A stretch of 64,000 bases of DNA, taken from Lytechinus pictus (lineage: Eukaryota). The stretch lies in contig NC_087250.1 of the NCBI RefSeq assembly GCF_037042905.1, forward strand, positions 4,528,001-4,592,000, given 5' to 3'. Both the position numbers and the translations under genes were made by a program. Every line of letters starts with the position of its first letter. The first letter of the stretch is position 1. The notes under the pieces are model-generated. The model was given only the letters and a program-made list of their open reading frames with translations, was not told where the DNA came from and did no database searches. Shown here one piece after another: positions 25,501 to 38,182 of the stretch.

Positions 25501-28500
25501 TGCTGGCTGTCAACAACTATCCAATCAAACGTGTCTCCAACGTTGTGACATTGTCGACTGTCCAACAACTCTCCAACTTACTAGTCTCCAACGTTGTGCC
25601 ATTGCCGACCGTCCAACAAATCTCCAACAAACTAGTTTCCAACTTTGTCAACGTTGTGCCATTGTCGGTTGTTCAACAACTTTCCAGCGAACTAGTTTCC
25701 AACGTTGCCAACGTTGTGCCTTTGCTGGCTGTTCAACAACTATCCAATCAAACTTGTTTCCAACGTTGTGACATTGTCGACTGTCCAACAACTCTCCAAC
25801 TAACAAGTTTCCAACGTTGCCAACGTCGTGTCATTGTTGATTGTCCATCATCTTTCCATCAAACTAGTTTCCAACGTCGATTCAACGTTAATCCATCAAG
25901 TTTTTCCAACGTCCAACGACTTTCAAGTTTCCAACGTGGAGCCAAAGTTGGCTTGTTACCTGGGTTATTTAAGATAAGTCTACCAAGTAGAGTCCAAAGA
26001 TTTGAAAGACATTATGCTGAAGTAAGCATAGAAATACACAAGCACGTTCATTTCATTTGAAATCTCTTGATGTTTTTCGGCAACTGTTTTGTGTGAAGGT
26101 GCGTGTGTGTGTGTGTGCATTTTTTGTCAAGAACAGTAGACGTAAAATGACCCTTTACCTGGGCAAAGCTGTAAGATTCCGTGGCCTGGAGCTCGCAAAA
26201 TAGAGCGCCGTTTTAGAATCATATGCCGGGTTAGCAGCGGCATGAAGTCCAGTCAAGGCCCCGTCGAAAGGCGTCCTTATCATTCCTGTAGAAAAATAGA
26301 TTAGACAATAAAATGCAATTATATCAAGTAATTGTTATTTCAAAATGTAATGTAATAACTGGATGAGTCGCATTTACTGAATACAAGCACACTATCTCTC
26401 TCTCTCTCTCTCTCTCTGTATATATATATATATATATAAATATATATATACTACTTATTCGTCTACTACTGTTACTACTACTACTGCACCTACTACAACA
26501 ACAACAACAACAACTACTACTAGTGGTAGTAGTAGTAGTATATACTATTACTACTATAATTGCAACTTCTTTCTACTCTCCTCCTAATCTCATGTTTTAT
26601 GCTGCAAGAACAACGGATTTTTACATAACCTACGTACTTAGTGACTTTGTTGCCCTCAGCAAAACTCTGTTCCCTCTTGTGATTGGCTGACCTGGGCGTG
26701 CGTTGAACTCTGTATCAACCATACCCGGATGTACCGAAAACACGCTGACCTTTGACCCCTCTAGTCTCCTTGCCAGACAGAACATCTGCATGATCTACTG
26801 GGAAAACATAAATAACCGATCAGAAACTTTCCGAAGCACTCACTTCGTCTAGTTTCCATTTTGTCTCATCCCATATTGTCTAAACCTATTCAAAAATAGT
26901 CTAAAACCAGTTCGAGTGATTACCTTTTATTTTCTATTCATATATTTATTCTTTATTTTTGTTTGCTTGCCAATTTTTTCATGGACAAAATATTTGGTGA
27001 TAACCTTTTTCTTTTTTGCTCGTTAAATTTTGCGTTAAATTTCCTTGGAAAAATAAACCCCCTTTCGTAAATTCCCGGATCCGCCCCTGGACAAAATAAA
27101 TATAAGACTAACTGATATCATACAAGGTGTAGAGTAGACCAAACGACAATTAGCCCTGTGTCGAACTATATATCTTTATTTAATAATAATATAGAACTTG
27201 TATGGCACAAGTATATCTACCTTTTTAGGTGCTCATTGCTCTCCTTTATTACCCCTGGCTAAGCTAGTCAACCTATTCCGGTGCGCACAACTTTTTGAGA
27301 AATCCTGCCGGTACCCATTTACCTCACCTGGATTGAGTGCCGTACAATGCGGGTAATTTTCTTGCTGAAGGAAAACACGTCATGGCTGGGAATCGAACCC
27401 ACGTCCCTCAGATTGAAAGACGAGAGTCTTAACCACTATATCACGACGTACCAACTATTGTATGTAACAAAAAAATAATTCATAGATCGACACCCTGTTA
27501 ATATCACGAAAATTATTTCTTAAAAAACAAACTCTAATTAACTTGCCTGGTATAGTTTCGTTGTCCCATAAATCATCATCTTATCTTTCTCATTGAAGCA
27601 TTGCAAATCTTTCGGATCCCACTTTGAATTCCGATACATTAAAGACGATATCAGAACAATCCGTGTATCGATACCAGTTGACTTCATAACCGGAAGTAAA
27701 TGAAGTATGAGCAGGAAGTGTGAGAGATAGTTGACCTGAAAGTGAATCTCGAATCCGTCTGCTGTCGGCTCTGAAAGGGAAGTAAATGAAGTATGAGCAG
27801 GAAGTGTGAGATAGTTGACCTGGAAGTGAATCTCGAATCCGTCTGCTGTCGGCTCTGAAAGAGAAGAAAATGAAGTATGAGCAGGAAGTGTGAGAGATAG
27901 TTGACCTGGAAGTGAATCTCGAATCCGTCTGCTGTCGGCTCTGAAAGGGAAATAAATGAAGTATAAGGAGAGAAATTATGAGAGAAAGTTGACCTGGAAG
28001 TAAACTTTGAATCCGCCTGCTGTCGGCTCTGGATGAGGACTTAAAGAAAAAACAAGAATTGACACGCTCAAGATTTCGGCAAAATCTGATTCGAAATTCA
28101 AAAAAAAAAAATATGGTTTTAAGTATTATATCAGTATTATGCAGGGGCTTCAGGAAAAGAACACGTACACACTGTGCAATGTGGATAATTATTTTCAACT
28201 CGTCGTCAACTACATTTTGAATATCACATTTGTATCTGATAAAATTGGCATAAACGCACAAGAGAAATCATCTGTTTGGGGCATCATCGAATCTCCCATT
28301 TGCACTTCACTACATTGTAGAAAGTCAAGTTATTATTAGGGTAGACGATTTTGGCGATTGATACGTACCATCTGGTCCCCATCCCATTCCAGCGTTGCAT
28401 ATTAGCACGTGGAGAGGATATCCCTTCGTCTTGTACTCCTCGACAAACGTCATAGTACTTGCTAATGACCCGAGGTCAAGGGTCATGAATTCTACATCCA

Positions 28501-31101
28501 GATCTTCTGCCTGTTCATAGGGAAAAAAATAATAAATTGAACAAATTTATTTCGACCGGATGCCGAATGAAAATAAAATATCTACGTTTTTTTTTTTTTT
28601 TTTTTTGTTAACCTGTGACCCCTTCTTAATAAGCTCAAGCATAGAACGGGGGAAAATCAGGAAGTAATCGATTGTTGTAACTTTCTATATCCTATTATTA
28701 AATTGGTAAAACGAATGCCGAAGGGGTGATTTTTTTAACCAAAACTATCAATCGACTGCGTTAGATGCCATATTCAAAGGACAAGTCCACCCAAACAAAA
28801 TGTTGATCTGAATATAAAGAGAAAAACCCAACAAGCATGACACTGAAAATTTCATCAAAATCGGATGTAAAATAAGAAAGTAATGACATTTTAAAATTTT
28901 GCTTAATTTCATAAAACAGTTACATGCACATCTCGGTCAGTATGCAAATGAGGGAACTGATGACATCACTCACTTATCATTTTTTTTTGTATTTTATTTA
29001 TATGAAATATTGAATATTCCCATTTTCTCCTCCTTATCCTGTGAAACAAAGTTTTATTTTTCCCTGATCATGTGGAATTACCATTGTTTAACATTTTGTG
29101 GTTCGGTCAAGTAGTCCTTTTTGTCAAATCTGTAAAAATTGAAATATTGTATAATTCAAACAATAAAAAACAAAAAAATAGTGAGTGAGTGACGTCATTG
29201 ATTCTCTCATTTGCATGTAACTAAATTGTGCATGTAACTATTTTGTAAAAATAAGCGAATACTTTAAAATGTCATAACTTTCTTATTTTACATCCGATTT
29301 TATGAAATTTTTAGCATTATGTTTGTCTGATTTTCCTCTATTGATTCCTATTAAAATTTTTCTGAGGTGGACTTGACCTTTTAAGTAACGACTGAAAACC
29401 GCAGAAATTTGAATTCTAACGGTAAATTTGTTTTTCTTGAAATATTGAAAGATTAACATTACTGACTTATTAGCAAAGGTTAAGACGGACTTTAACCTTT
29501 GGTGCCCCCATACAAACAATTAACTCTGATTTAATTAAAAGATCATCTTCACCTTCACTTGGCAAAGAAAGACAAACTTTATTCAAATGCAACGAACGTA
29601 GAGGGCAGCCACACTGGCAGTGTGTTAGGCCCTCTACGTTGGTTGTTTACAACCTTGATACATATCCTAGCGTCATTCTGCGAAGATTTATCTTTGCTGT
29701 GCTCGTCTTTCATTCGTTGTAAAGCCTGTCGAACCAAATAAGAAATGTATATGAATTATGAATATTTGTTTATTCATTTTTAATTTGTTTTCTTTGGAGA
29801 GTGTGGTCTCTTCGGTATTCATCTGAATTTACTCAATCCTACAGACTAATAAATATTTTATGCATGCTGTCAAGTAGTAGTTTCCAAAAATAAATGCAAC
29901 AATACAATTTTCAATACGTTTTTTTATAGTTTGTTTCTAACGGAGGAATGCCTCATAGTAATCGTTATATATTTTGTCCCTAAGCACCCATCTGTATCGA
30001 AGCTTTAATAGCCTATATGGTGCTTACGATCATAACATAACACGGTTGGGTACCCTGTAAAACCGTGGTGTTCAAACTGACACCAGTTGGTGTTAATAGA
30101 GGACCACACCCTGATGTGTTAAAAATACACCCAGAGATTGAACGTAACATCAAAGAGTGTAAATGCAACAGCCAAATGTGTTGTAATAACACCTATAGGT
30201 GTTAAACTAACACTGTCAATTTAACACCGGTGTAAAATAACTGGTGTGGTCCTCTATGTACACCGGTTAACACCACAGTACTTGCTGTGTACACCTTGAA
30301 GAAAATATGGGATTTACTTATTTATTGTTAGAAGTTATTATTATTAGTTTTACATTGTGATGAAAACAAAATATAATCATGAAATCACAAATCATTGTGT
30401 CAGTGAAAATAGCAAACACTTTTCTTTTCTGCTCTTGCGCACAATGCCATTCCGAAACTGAATAGTAAAGAAAATATATATAAATAATGTATAATCCATA
30501 CCTCATTTGCTTTTACTTCAGAACGGCACGCTAATATGACCTTTGACCCCATCTGGGCAAGCGCCTTCGCAGTCTCATAGCCGATTCCTTTATTGTGGAA
30601 AAAAAAATAATTTGATCAAATTTGCTAAAATAGGCGAACACGTCTTTACATTAGTCGAATCTTTTGACACTACAGAAAATTAATCCACTAATAATAAATT
30701 TATATATACTTTTTTGCTTTGTTCAAACTTGAAAAGTCATCATATCAATAATCACCTTCTAATCAGCATATCATTAGTTTTCAATTCAAACATTAGACAT
30801 AACTTACCAGTGTTTAACCCCGGTTATGATTACGGTCTTCCCTCCGAAGTCAATGTCGGGTAACCGGGGCGATAGCAAATAAGTCCTACCTTTAGTATTG
30901 AAAATGACCTACCTGTATTTGCACCGGTTATGATTACGGTCTTCCCTCCGAAGTAAATGTCGGGTAACCGGGGCGATAGCAAATAAGTCCTACCTTTAGT
31001 ATTGAAAATGGCTTACCTGTATTTGCACCGGTTACGATTACGGTCTTCCCTCCGAAGTCAATGTCGGGTAACCGAGGCGGAGTGCCAAAGCTTCCTCCCA
31101 T
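19521..31101 (-). CDS. Classical short-chain dehydrogenase/reductase, RDH11-14/DHRSX-like (paralogue B), 8 coding exons, ~327 aa
   Basis: Exons (minus): 31101-31017, 30587-30502, 29725-29654, 28510-28369, 27770-27547 (GC donor), 26794-26638, 26285-26159, 19611-19521. Exons 1-7 have the same sizes as paralogue A (85/86/72/142/224/157/127). Motifs TGANTGIGYETAK, LACRS, ICNAG, YGTTK, VHPGMVDTE, ends LWEYSLDCLKDYITEDVLKELN*. Confidence 0.92.
20538..25964. mobile_element. 5.4-kb non-autonomous DNA transposon, CMC/EnSpm-like, in intron 7 of SDR B
   Basis: 12-bp TIR CCCAGGTAACAA / TTGTTACCTGGG with TT on both flanks (possible 2-bp TSD); subterminal arrays of CAACGTT(G) at 20550-21115, 21555-21730 and 24530-25940. 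Confidence 0.75.
22909..23557. mobile_element. Mutator-like foldback MITE nested in the 5.4-kb element
   Basis: ~270-bp near-perfect TIRs beginning TAACCCAGGGAGCTCCGG; 9-bp TSD CACCAACAC (22900-22908, 23558-23566). Confidence 0.88.
27176..27447 (-). mobile_element. tRNA-derived SINE (same family as 18706-18978)
   Basis: B box GGTTCGATTCC, homologous body, (TTA)n tail. Confidence 0.78.
27695..28035 (-). repeat. Four tandem ~84-88-bp copies of the acceptor + 5' part of SDR B exon 5
   Basis: CAG|AGCCGACAGCAG recurs at 27770, 27854, 27940 and 28028. Confidence 0.92.
28778..29379. mobile_element. Kolobok-like MITE
   Basis: TIR AGGACAAGTCCACC / GGTGGACTTGACCT, long inverted arms, TTAA-like flanks. 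Confidence 0.78.
30052..30289. mobile_element. MITE (copy of 35912-36151)
   Basis: Colinear similarity over the full length. Confidence 0.7.
30800..31075 (-). repeat. Three tandem ~104-bp copies of the 3' part of SDR B coding exon 1 + donor
   Basis: CGGTTACCCGACATT.ACTTCGGAGGGAAGACCGTAATC recurs; donor GT at 31016, 30912 and 30807. Confidence 0.9.
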
Positions 31102-31588
31102 CCTAGAAATGAGTATTATATACACTACATTTAGCACATTAATAATAACTTTATAATTAAATATTTGAAATTAAACTTTGTTGTGTAACAACTAATTTGC
31201 GATTCACATAGTAAAGAACGTTGTTTAAATTATTTTTAACAGTGCACATAGGCCAAAATATGAATGCAAGGTAGACTGTAGTTGTAAACTATAATGCATA
31301 TATGGATCTCTTTCCCTCGAATGAATGGCAAAAACATAGCACCCCCCCCCCCCTCACAAAAGAGAAAATAGCTAATAAATGAATGAATAAAAAAAATGAA
31401 ATAAAATATTAAAAAATGGAATGAATAAATAGATAAATAAATGAAAAAATAAAAAAACAAAACATATGGCTTATTCCTTATTGTATATTTTATTTTTTGT
31501 GTTTTGCTATACATTGTAACTTTTGTTAAATTTTGGAATGGAAAAGAATAAATGCAATCAATCAATCAAACCTTAGGATACATATATA

Positions 31589-32415
31589 CAGTGCGTCCCA
31601 CAAAAAACGAAACCGAGATTTATCAATAATTTATCATAACTTAATCACAAATACAATAGACAAATGACCTACCATTGTAAAACTTAGAATCGCCTCTTTC
31701 ATCTGGAATTACTTAGATCATTTTTCATTCACGCATGAGTGAGCAAAAAAAATTTGAAGAGGGATAACGAAAAGTCATTTGGCGGGCTGTATCTTGGTTT
31801 CAAAACAACAACCACATTTTTTAAAAATTCAATATCTGCTCTTTAATTTGACACCTCAATTACAGAAAATAGTCAAGAAATAAGAAAGTTCTGGTTATTT
31901 GAAATAAGGCTTGAATTTCAATAATTTCATAGAATGAAGAGGTTTTACAGGCTAGTGTTCAAACTCACTCGACACTCCGTTTTGTTGACGATCAGCCATG
32001 CATTGAGTCTTTTGTTAACCGAGCGAAAGCTTCTGTGGCAAACCGGTGAAAACAAGTTTATTTAATGAAATTATGGAAATACAAGCTTTGTTTCGAGGGA
32101 ACATAACATTTTTTTACTTCTGGACCATTTTTTGTGATTAAGGTATGAAATGAAAGAGCAGATATTGAACTTTTTAGGCATGTGATTTTCTTTTTGAAAT
32201 TCAGATACCCCCCGCCAAATGAGTTTTTGGTATCCTTTATTCAAATTGTTTTTGCTCACTCATGAGTGAATGAAAAATAATCTAAGTTATATCATATGAA
32301 AGAAGAGATTTTAAGCTTTACATTGATACATGTAGGTCATTTGTATATTGTATTTATGATTAAGTTATGATAAATCATCGCTAAATCTCGGTTTCGTTTA
32401 TTCTGGGACGCACTG
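31589..32415. mobile_element. Tc1/mariner-like MITE
   Basis: TA|CAGTGCGTCCCA...TGGGACGCACTG|TA with ~300-bp imperfect inverted arms. Confidence 0.85.
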
Positions 32416-33106
32416 TATATATATATTGTGTGTGTATGGGTGGGTGTGTGTGTGTGTGTGTGTATTTTAACTTTCCGTTATACATCTTTACCTGAAATTA
32501 CCGTTTCCTTTAATCTTTATTTACGATTTTATTATGTTACAGAGTTGTGGTTTGTTTCTCTTGCAAGCTTGTTTAGATTGCGTTTCGGTTGCTAGCCTCT
32601 ATTATTCTCGTTATTATTTGCCTATCATTTTTATTATTGCTAACAGTGTTAATACATTAAAAAATTATGCTTAAAACTCATCTTTTTTAATCTTGAATTG
32701 ATCATATCATATTTTTTGTGGCCCATTTGATGGTATTTCTTTATTCATAATCTGGTGAGAAATATGTAATTGTATTATTAGTTTTGATACATTTTGTTGT
32801 GCAAAGTATTTCTATTTCCTTTATACTTCATTTTCCTTTCTCTTAACCGATTAGAGGCAATTTTGCGATTTCGTGGTATATGAAATTGTTATTATTATTA
32901 TTATTATTCTAAAGCCCTGACAAAGACCAATAAAATTGGTCGAAAGCCTTTGAAATGAAATGAATTGAACATTTTGCTACGTCTCGCGGCCTCTCTTCTT
33001 CTGTCGGTCACCTATATAATTATCTTATTGTGCTGTATGTCACACATACATTGCCAAGGCAAAGTTACGTTTATTGGAAGTGAAATAGATTCGTTATCTT
33101 TAATAT

Positions 33107-33315
33107 TAATCAATCAAATCAGTCAATCAATCATTCAATCAGTCAGTCAATCAAACAATCAATCAGTCAATTAATCAACCAATTAATCAATCATAACAAC
33201 CAATCAATCAATCAATCATAACAACCAATCAATCAATCAATCATAATAATCAACCAATCAATCAACCATTCAATCAATCATAACAATCAATCAATCATAA
33301 CAATAAATCAATCAG
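33107..33315. repeat. (TCAA)n-type microsatellite
   Basis: Direct inspection. Confidence 0.9.
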
Positions 33316-34463
33316 TGACAGACTACCCTCCCCCTTTCCCCAATCCTATAGCCAAACTTCAAGTTCATGCACTACACACTCTTTCCCATTTATTTTGATT
33401 CATGATTATACGCGGTTAAGAGTTACTTATCGAATGTCCTAGTAGCGACATTTGACTACAGTTGCACTGGCGAAATGAACTCTGGGCCGGCTGGCCAAAG
33501 CTATTACATTATTTCCAACGACATACCATCGGCCGGTTCGGAGTCGGTTTCGTTGGTGTAACTTAAGCAGTATAATAACCCAGTAATATTATCGATTAAT
33601 CATTGCATGGTGCTCTGTACGTACCTGCTTGGAATAATGTTATGCAGTTTCGAGCTCTATCTGTGTGTGCTCCAATAGAAATATTTTCTCCGTTCTGTTT
33701 ACTCGAGTCGTTTGACGTATTATTATCATAATAATGACCAATCTAAAGGTCGTTATTATAATAAGTTAATCATCGAATACCATCAATAATAGAAAAGATA
33801 TTGCACTTTTGTTAACTTGAACTTTGAGCACACGAACAGATATGCATGAATATCCCCCCCCCCCTCTTCTCTCCCTCTCTCTCTCTCTCTAGCTCTCTCT
33901 CCATTCCATGCGGGCCTATTATGACCATGATGCCATTACCGATGCAGTTACACCATTATAAAATGCAACTGAACGAAAACCGAACAGTCTATCATTTTTC
34001 TTATTCGATTCTTGTTTTGATTCTTTCATTGTTTTGTGTCTGGTCTGGGGGGTGTCGGTTTATGGGCATGCTTGGGAAGTGGCGCACTCGATTTTTTTAA
34101 TCATAAAATTCATTAAGATTCATTAACCTTTGAACAATGAATTTTCTGCATAATTATCAAACCTCGATTTGGTTAACTTCTATTGGTTATAAACGGCCAA
34201 TATTTCCTTTTTTGTTACGAAAATATCCGCCTGTATGAAATTGAAACTTTTATATTTTGTACAATAATTTGTATTATGGATAATTATTTGACTTTATACA
34301 ATCTTTTGTTGATATTGTAACATTTTGCAATGAACCGCTACTATGATTTTCAGTGAATGATTTAATAAATACTATTACAAAACAAAACAAAAATCATAAA
34401 CAAACTAGCTAGATACCATCTCCCCTTTCTCCTCACCCCCCTACATATAAATATACATAACTC

Positions 34464-34498
<35 letters not shown>

Positions 34499-35911
34499 GC
34501 CTTTTCCACAATAGGGTGCTTTCGCAAAACGCGATAGGGACGGAGTCTTACACATAGAAAATCTATTGTCGAAAAGCCCTTTGTGACTGACAAAACAGCT
34601 ACTTCTTGTCGAACATCGGTGAATGATTACGATAGTTACAATCCTGAAATCCGGACACAGGAAATGTTTGCAATTTATAATAATAATAATAATTAACATC
34701 ATTTATATAGCGCTTATCACAAACAATGTCTCTAAGTGCTCAGAATCTTACGACGCGCATGCGTAGTCTTATTCCGAACACGAACGTTATGAATATTCAT
34801 ATTTGGGTTCGGAACTGACAGCGGTGGGGAAAAATAATGTTTTGTGACCCTTATTACGTTACGTACGTAACGTGTCCTATCTTGAAAAAGACATCCTTTT
34901 TACGTGTTTTTTTTTGGGGGGGGTCGCGCATGATATCCACTCGTAAATATAAGTGCCCCCAGGCTACTGAACCCGTTTCACGAAATGTTTACTAGAGCTA
35001 GAATCCCTTGATATCGATACTATCGGTAGAAAGAGCAGACAAGACGTAACCTTAGTCACAATATAGCATATGTTTAAGCAAAAATATGCTAAAACTGCAA
35101 TTACTAGGAAATACATCTAATCAAAATAATAGCAGAGGTGAAATGTACCATACATATTTATTCATTTATTTTATTTTATTTATTTCAAATCTTTATCCAG
35201 AGTAGCCTGTTCAGCTTTATACAAACAAATATGTAAAATTACACAATATATATACAATTAAAACGTTCATTAAAAATCGCTGGTCTTCCACAGGGCTTTG
35301 CATTAATACCAAAAACATATAATTCATAACATAAAGAAAACATAAGTAAAGAGGACATATATACACATCAAAATAAGATTCAGAATGAGAAAGTAAAAGG
35401 ACATGGTAAGACAGGGAGAAAGAGATAGAGAGAGAAAGGGGGCAGAAGCAAACAGAGAGAGAAGCAGAGAGGTGGAGAGAGAGGGAAGAAAAATGTGAGA
35501 GAGGGAGAGAACGAGAGAGCGAGAGGGAGTTCAGGAGCAAAGAAAATTATGTAATATTTGACCAGTCAAGCATATTCTTATGAATAGCATAAGATAGCAT
35601 AGCATAAAAACCAAATTGAGGAAGTGATCATGCATTTCTAATAAAACATAATACATGTAGCATGGGCCGTAAGTATGAGAAGTGATGTCATATTCAAACC
35701 ATTAAGACGGGACAATTCAATTGCTGAGAAAATGAAATTATGCATATTCATTGGATGACTAAAAAATGACATGTGGACCTTTAGACTGTTAGATGGGTAC
35801 CCCCGTGATAGTATAAATTTTAATAGTTGACGGAAGTAAACCATAATGGGTTTCTTTGTATTTGATAATTATATGTTAATCTATGGTTACAAACATCATG
35901 AAAAACATAGT

Positions 35912-36151
35912 GCACTGTAAAAACTGTGGTGTTAAAACTGACACCAATTAGTGTTGATAGGGGACCACACCCTGAGGTGTTAAAATAACACCCTAGAGAT
36001 TGAACATAACACTAAAGAGTGTAAATGTAACAACCATAGGTGTTGTAATAACACATATAGGTGTAAAACTAATACCACCAATTTAACACCGGTGTAAAAT
36101 AATTGGTGTGGTCCTCTATGTACACCGGTTAACACCACAGTTTTTGCTGTG
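35912..36151. mobile_element. CACTG-terminated MITE with AACACC subrepeats
   Basis: CACTGTAAAAAC...GTTTTTGCTGTG; homologous copy at 30052-30289; partial copies at ~620-975 and ~1427-1566. Confidence 0.7.
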
Positions 36152-36654
36152 TGTAACATACCTTTTTAAAATGTTTAGATACCGAAAGACATGCACGATT
36201 TGACGAATTCATTGCATAAATTAGAGAATTTGTCAAAATGTTGATAAGGGTCTGAAAACAACGAATATGAGTCAAGTTTTGGATGACCTGACGTGATACA
36301 GAATCTGTATCGATTCACTTATTTTACTATTTTAAGATCATAGTTTTGTTGGGCTTTACAAACAGTTTTTTAAACAGTTTCTGTGCATCACAACTAATAT
36401 TGCTTGATCAATCACACTTGTTTTGCAATGTAATTTCAACTTCTATGATTAATTACGTAAGATGATGATTTTCAAGTTTCGAGGCACTTTTGCATGCCAT
36501 AGTCTTCCCACGTGATGCCACTACGTCATTAAGAAAGAAGTTATGACAGGTTCGGAGGTGTGAATATTTAGTGAGGTTGTTGGACCCGATCTTGGGCTTC
36601 GTGAAACGGTTAGCGGACAAGTAGCTTACTATCTTCGATTTAGTCAAGAAGTTT

Positions 36655-37850
36655 ATTATTTATTTATTATTATTTCCGTTTTATTTCAGCAGGGTAGCCC
36701 TTTCAGTTACAAAACTGCTCTACCAAGGGGCCCTGCACAATAAAAAACAAATACATATAAATAACAAATTTACACACAAAAAACTTAAAACTTAATACTT
36801 AACTACAAAAATTTACTCAAGTAAAATCACAATTAAATTCAAATTAAAAAGCTAAAATAACATACAAGCAGAGTTTTTATATTAAGTTTAAATTAAATCT
36901 AAAATAACACTAATATTATATTTACATTAAATCAAAGTTAACACTGCTTTTTTTAAAATTCGGAGTTAATTAAGAGTTAAAATTCTAGATTGTTTCTTAA
37001 ATATTGGAAAATATGTTACAGTTTACATACTCTGGGGTAAACTGTTCCAGAGATTTGAACCATAAAAATGTACAGATTTCTTGTAATGCTCTGTTCGAGG
37101 TGTTTTGATTTTTAATGGGCAAGAATGTGCATATCGAGTTTGAAAGTTTATATCACGATAAATAATAATTTCCTTTAAATATGTTGGAACTAAATCATTA
37201 ATTAATTTAAACATGATGAGGTAGGTATGATATTGCTGTCTTTGTACAATAGTTTGCCAGTTTAATTGGGTGCGAAGAACATTGGAAGGTATTGAAAAAT
37301 CAGCATTAAAAATCAAACGAGCATACTTGTTTTGGAGTTTTTGTATTTTCTTTACATTGCACTTACTAGTTCTGCCCCAAATAACGATACCGTAATCAAT
37401 ATGTGGCAAGATCAATGCATTATATAACATGATTAATATATTTTGTGGAACATTGTGCTTTATATGTCTGATACAACCAATTATTCTTGAAATCTTCGTG
37501 AATACTTTTTCAATATGTTTGTTCCATGAAAAACAATCATCTAGAACAACACCTAAATATTTAAATTCATGTACCTGCTCGATAATTTCTTTATAATCAA
37601 ATTAGTATTTTTAACTTTCCTTTTTGACCCAATCAACATACTTTTGTATTTCTCTAAATTCAATTCTTAGTTATTTGATTCTACCCAGTTACATATCTTG
37701 GTAAATTCTTTTTGGAGTAATTTAGATACTGTATTAATATTTCGGTCTTTACAAAAAACAGCAGCATCATCTGCACATAAACATAATTTTGTATTTGTTA
37801 AATACGGTAAACTGCACATATCATTTATAAATATAGAAAAAAGAAGAGGT
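36655..37850 (-). mobile_element. 5'-truncated CR1/L2-group LINE fragment (RT C-terminus + 3' UTR)
   Basis: Minus-strand remnants PLLFSIFIND, YADDA, KYLGVVLDD; ORF 37023-37430 (LYNALILPHIDYG..W..LWNSLP); 3' tail shared with the 43690 copy. Confidence 0.85.
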
Positions 37851-38182
37851 TAGACTTATGACGGTGTTGAGAAACGGGCCCCTGACGGTGTTGAAAAACG
37901 GTCTACAAAATGCATTTCCTTCGAAGAATGTGAATGCTTTAACATCTCCATTTGAAATGTTAGTGCTCATCATAATGAAAAATGGTCATTTGAAAGAAAA
38001 AAATCATGAGCGCGGCTAACCATGAACTGGCTTTTATGATCCGACTACTGATCAAAACGCATTGTCGACGAACACATTCGACCCAGCGATCGATGTACCG
38101 TAGGCCTGTTCATAAAATGCATGTATTTTGCTTTGAACATATCCAGCATCAACTATGGCCCGTGCACGAGCATAATAGAGTC

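Noticed and set aside
24501..26060. Two 208-aa V/S/N/Q-rich ORFs
   Set aside because: Translations of the CAACGTT subterminal repeat array; no domain, interrupted by stops.
27590..28261. 223-aa repetitive ORF (RADSRRI...)
   Set aside because: Off-frame reading of the quadruplicated SDR exon-5 start.
33427..33451. Upstream coding exon of SDR B (ATG TCG CTA CTA GGA CAT TCG ATA A|gtaact, minus strand)
   Set aside because: Phase is incompatible with the acceptor at 31102; at most a 5' UTR exon, and unsupported.
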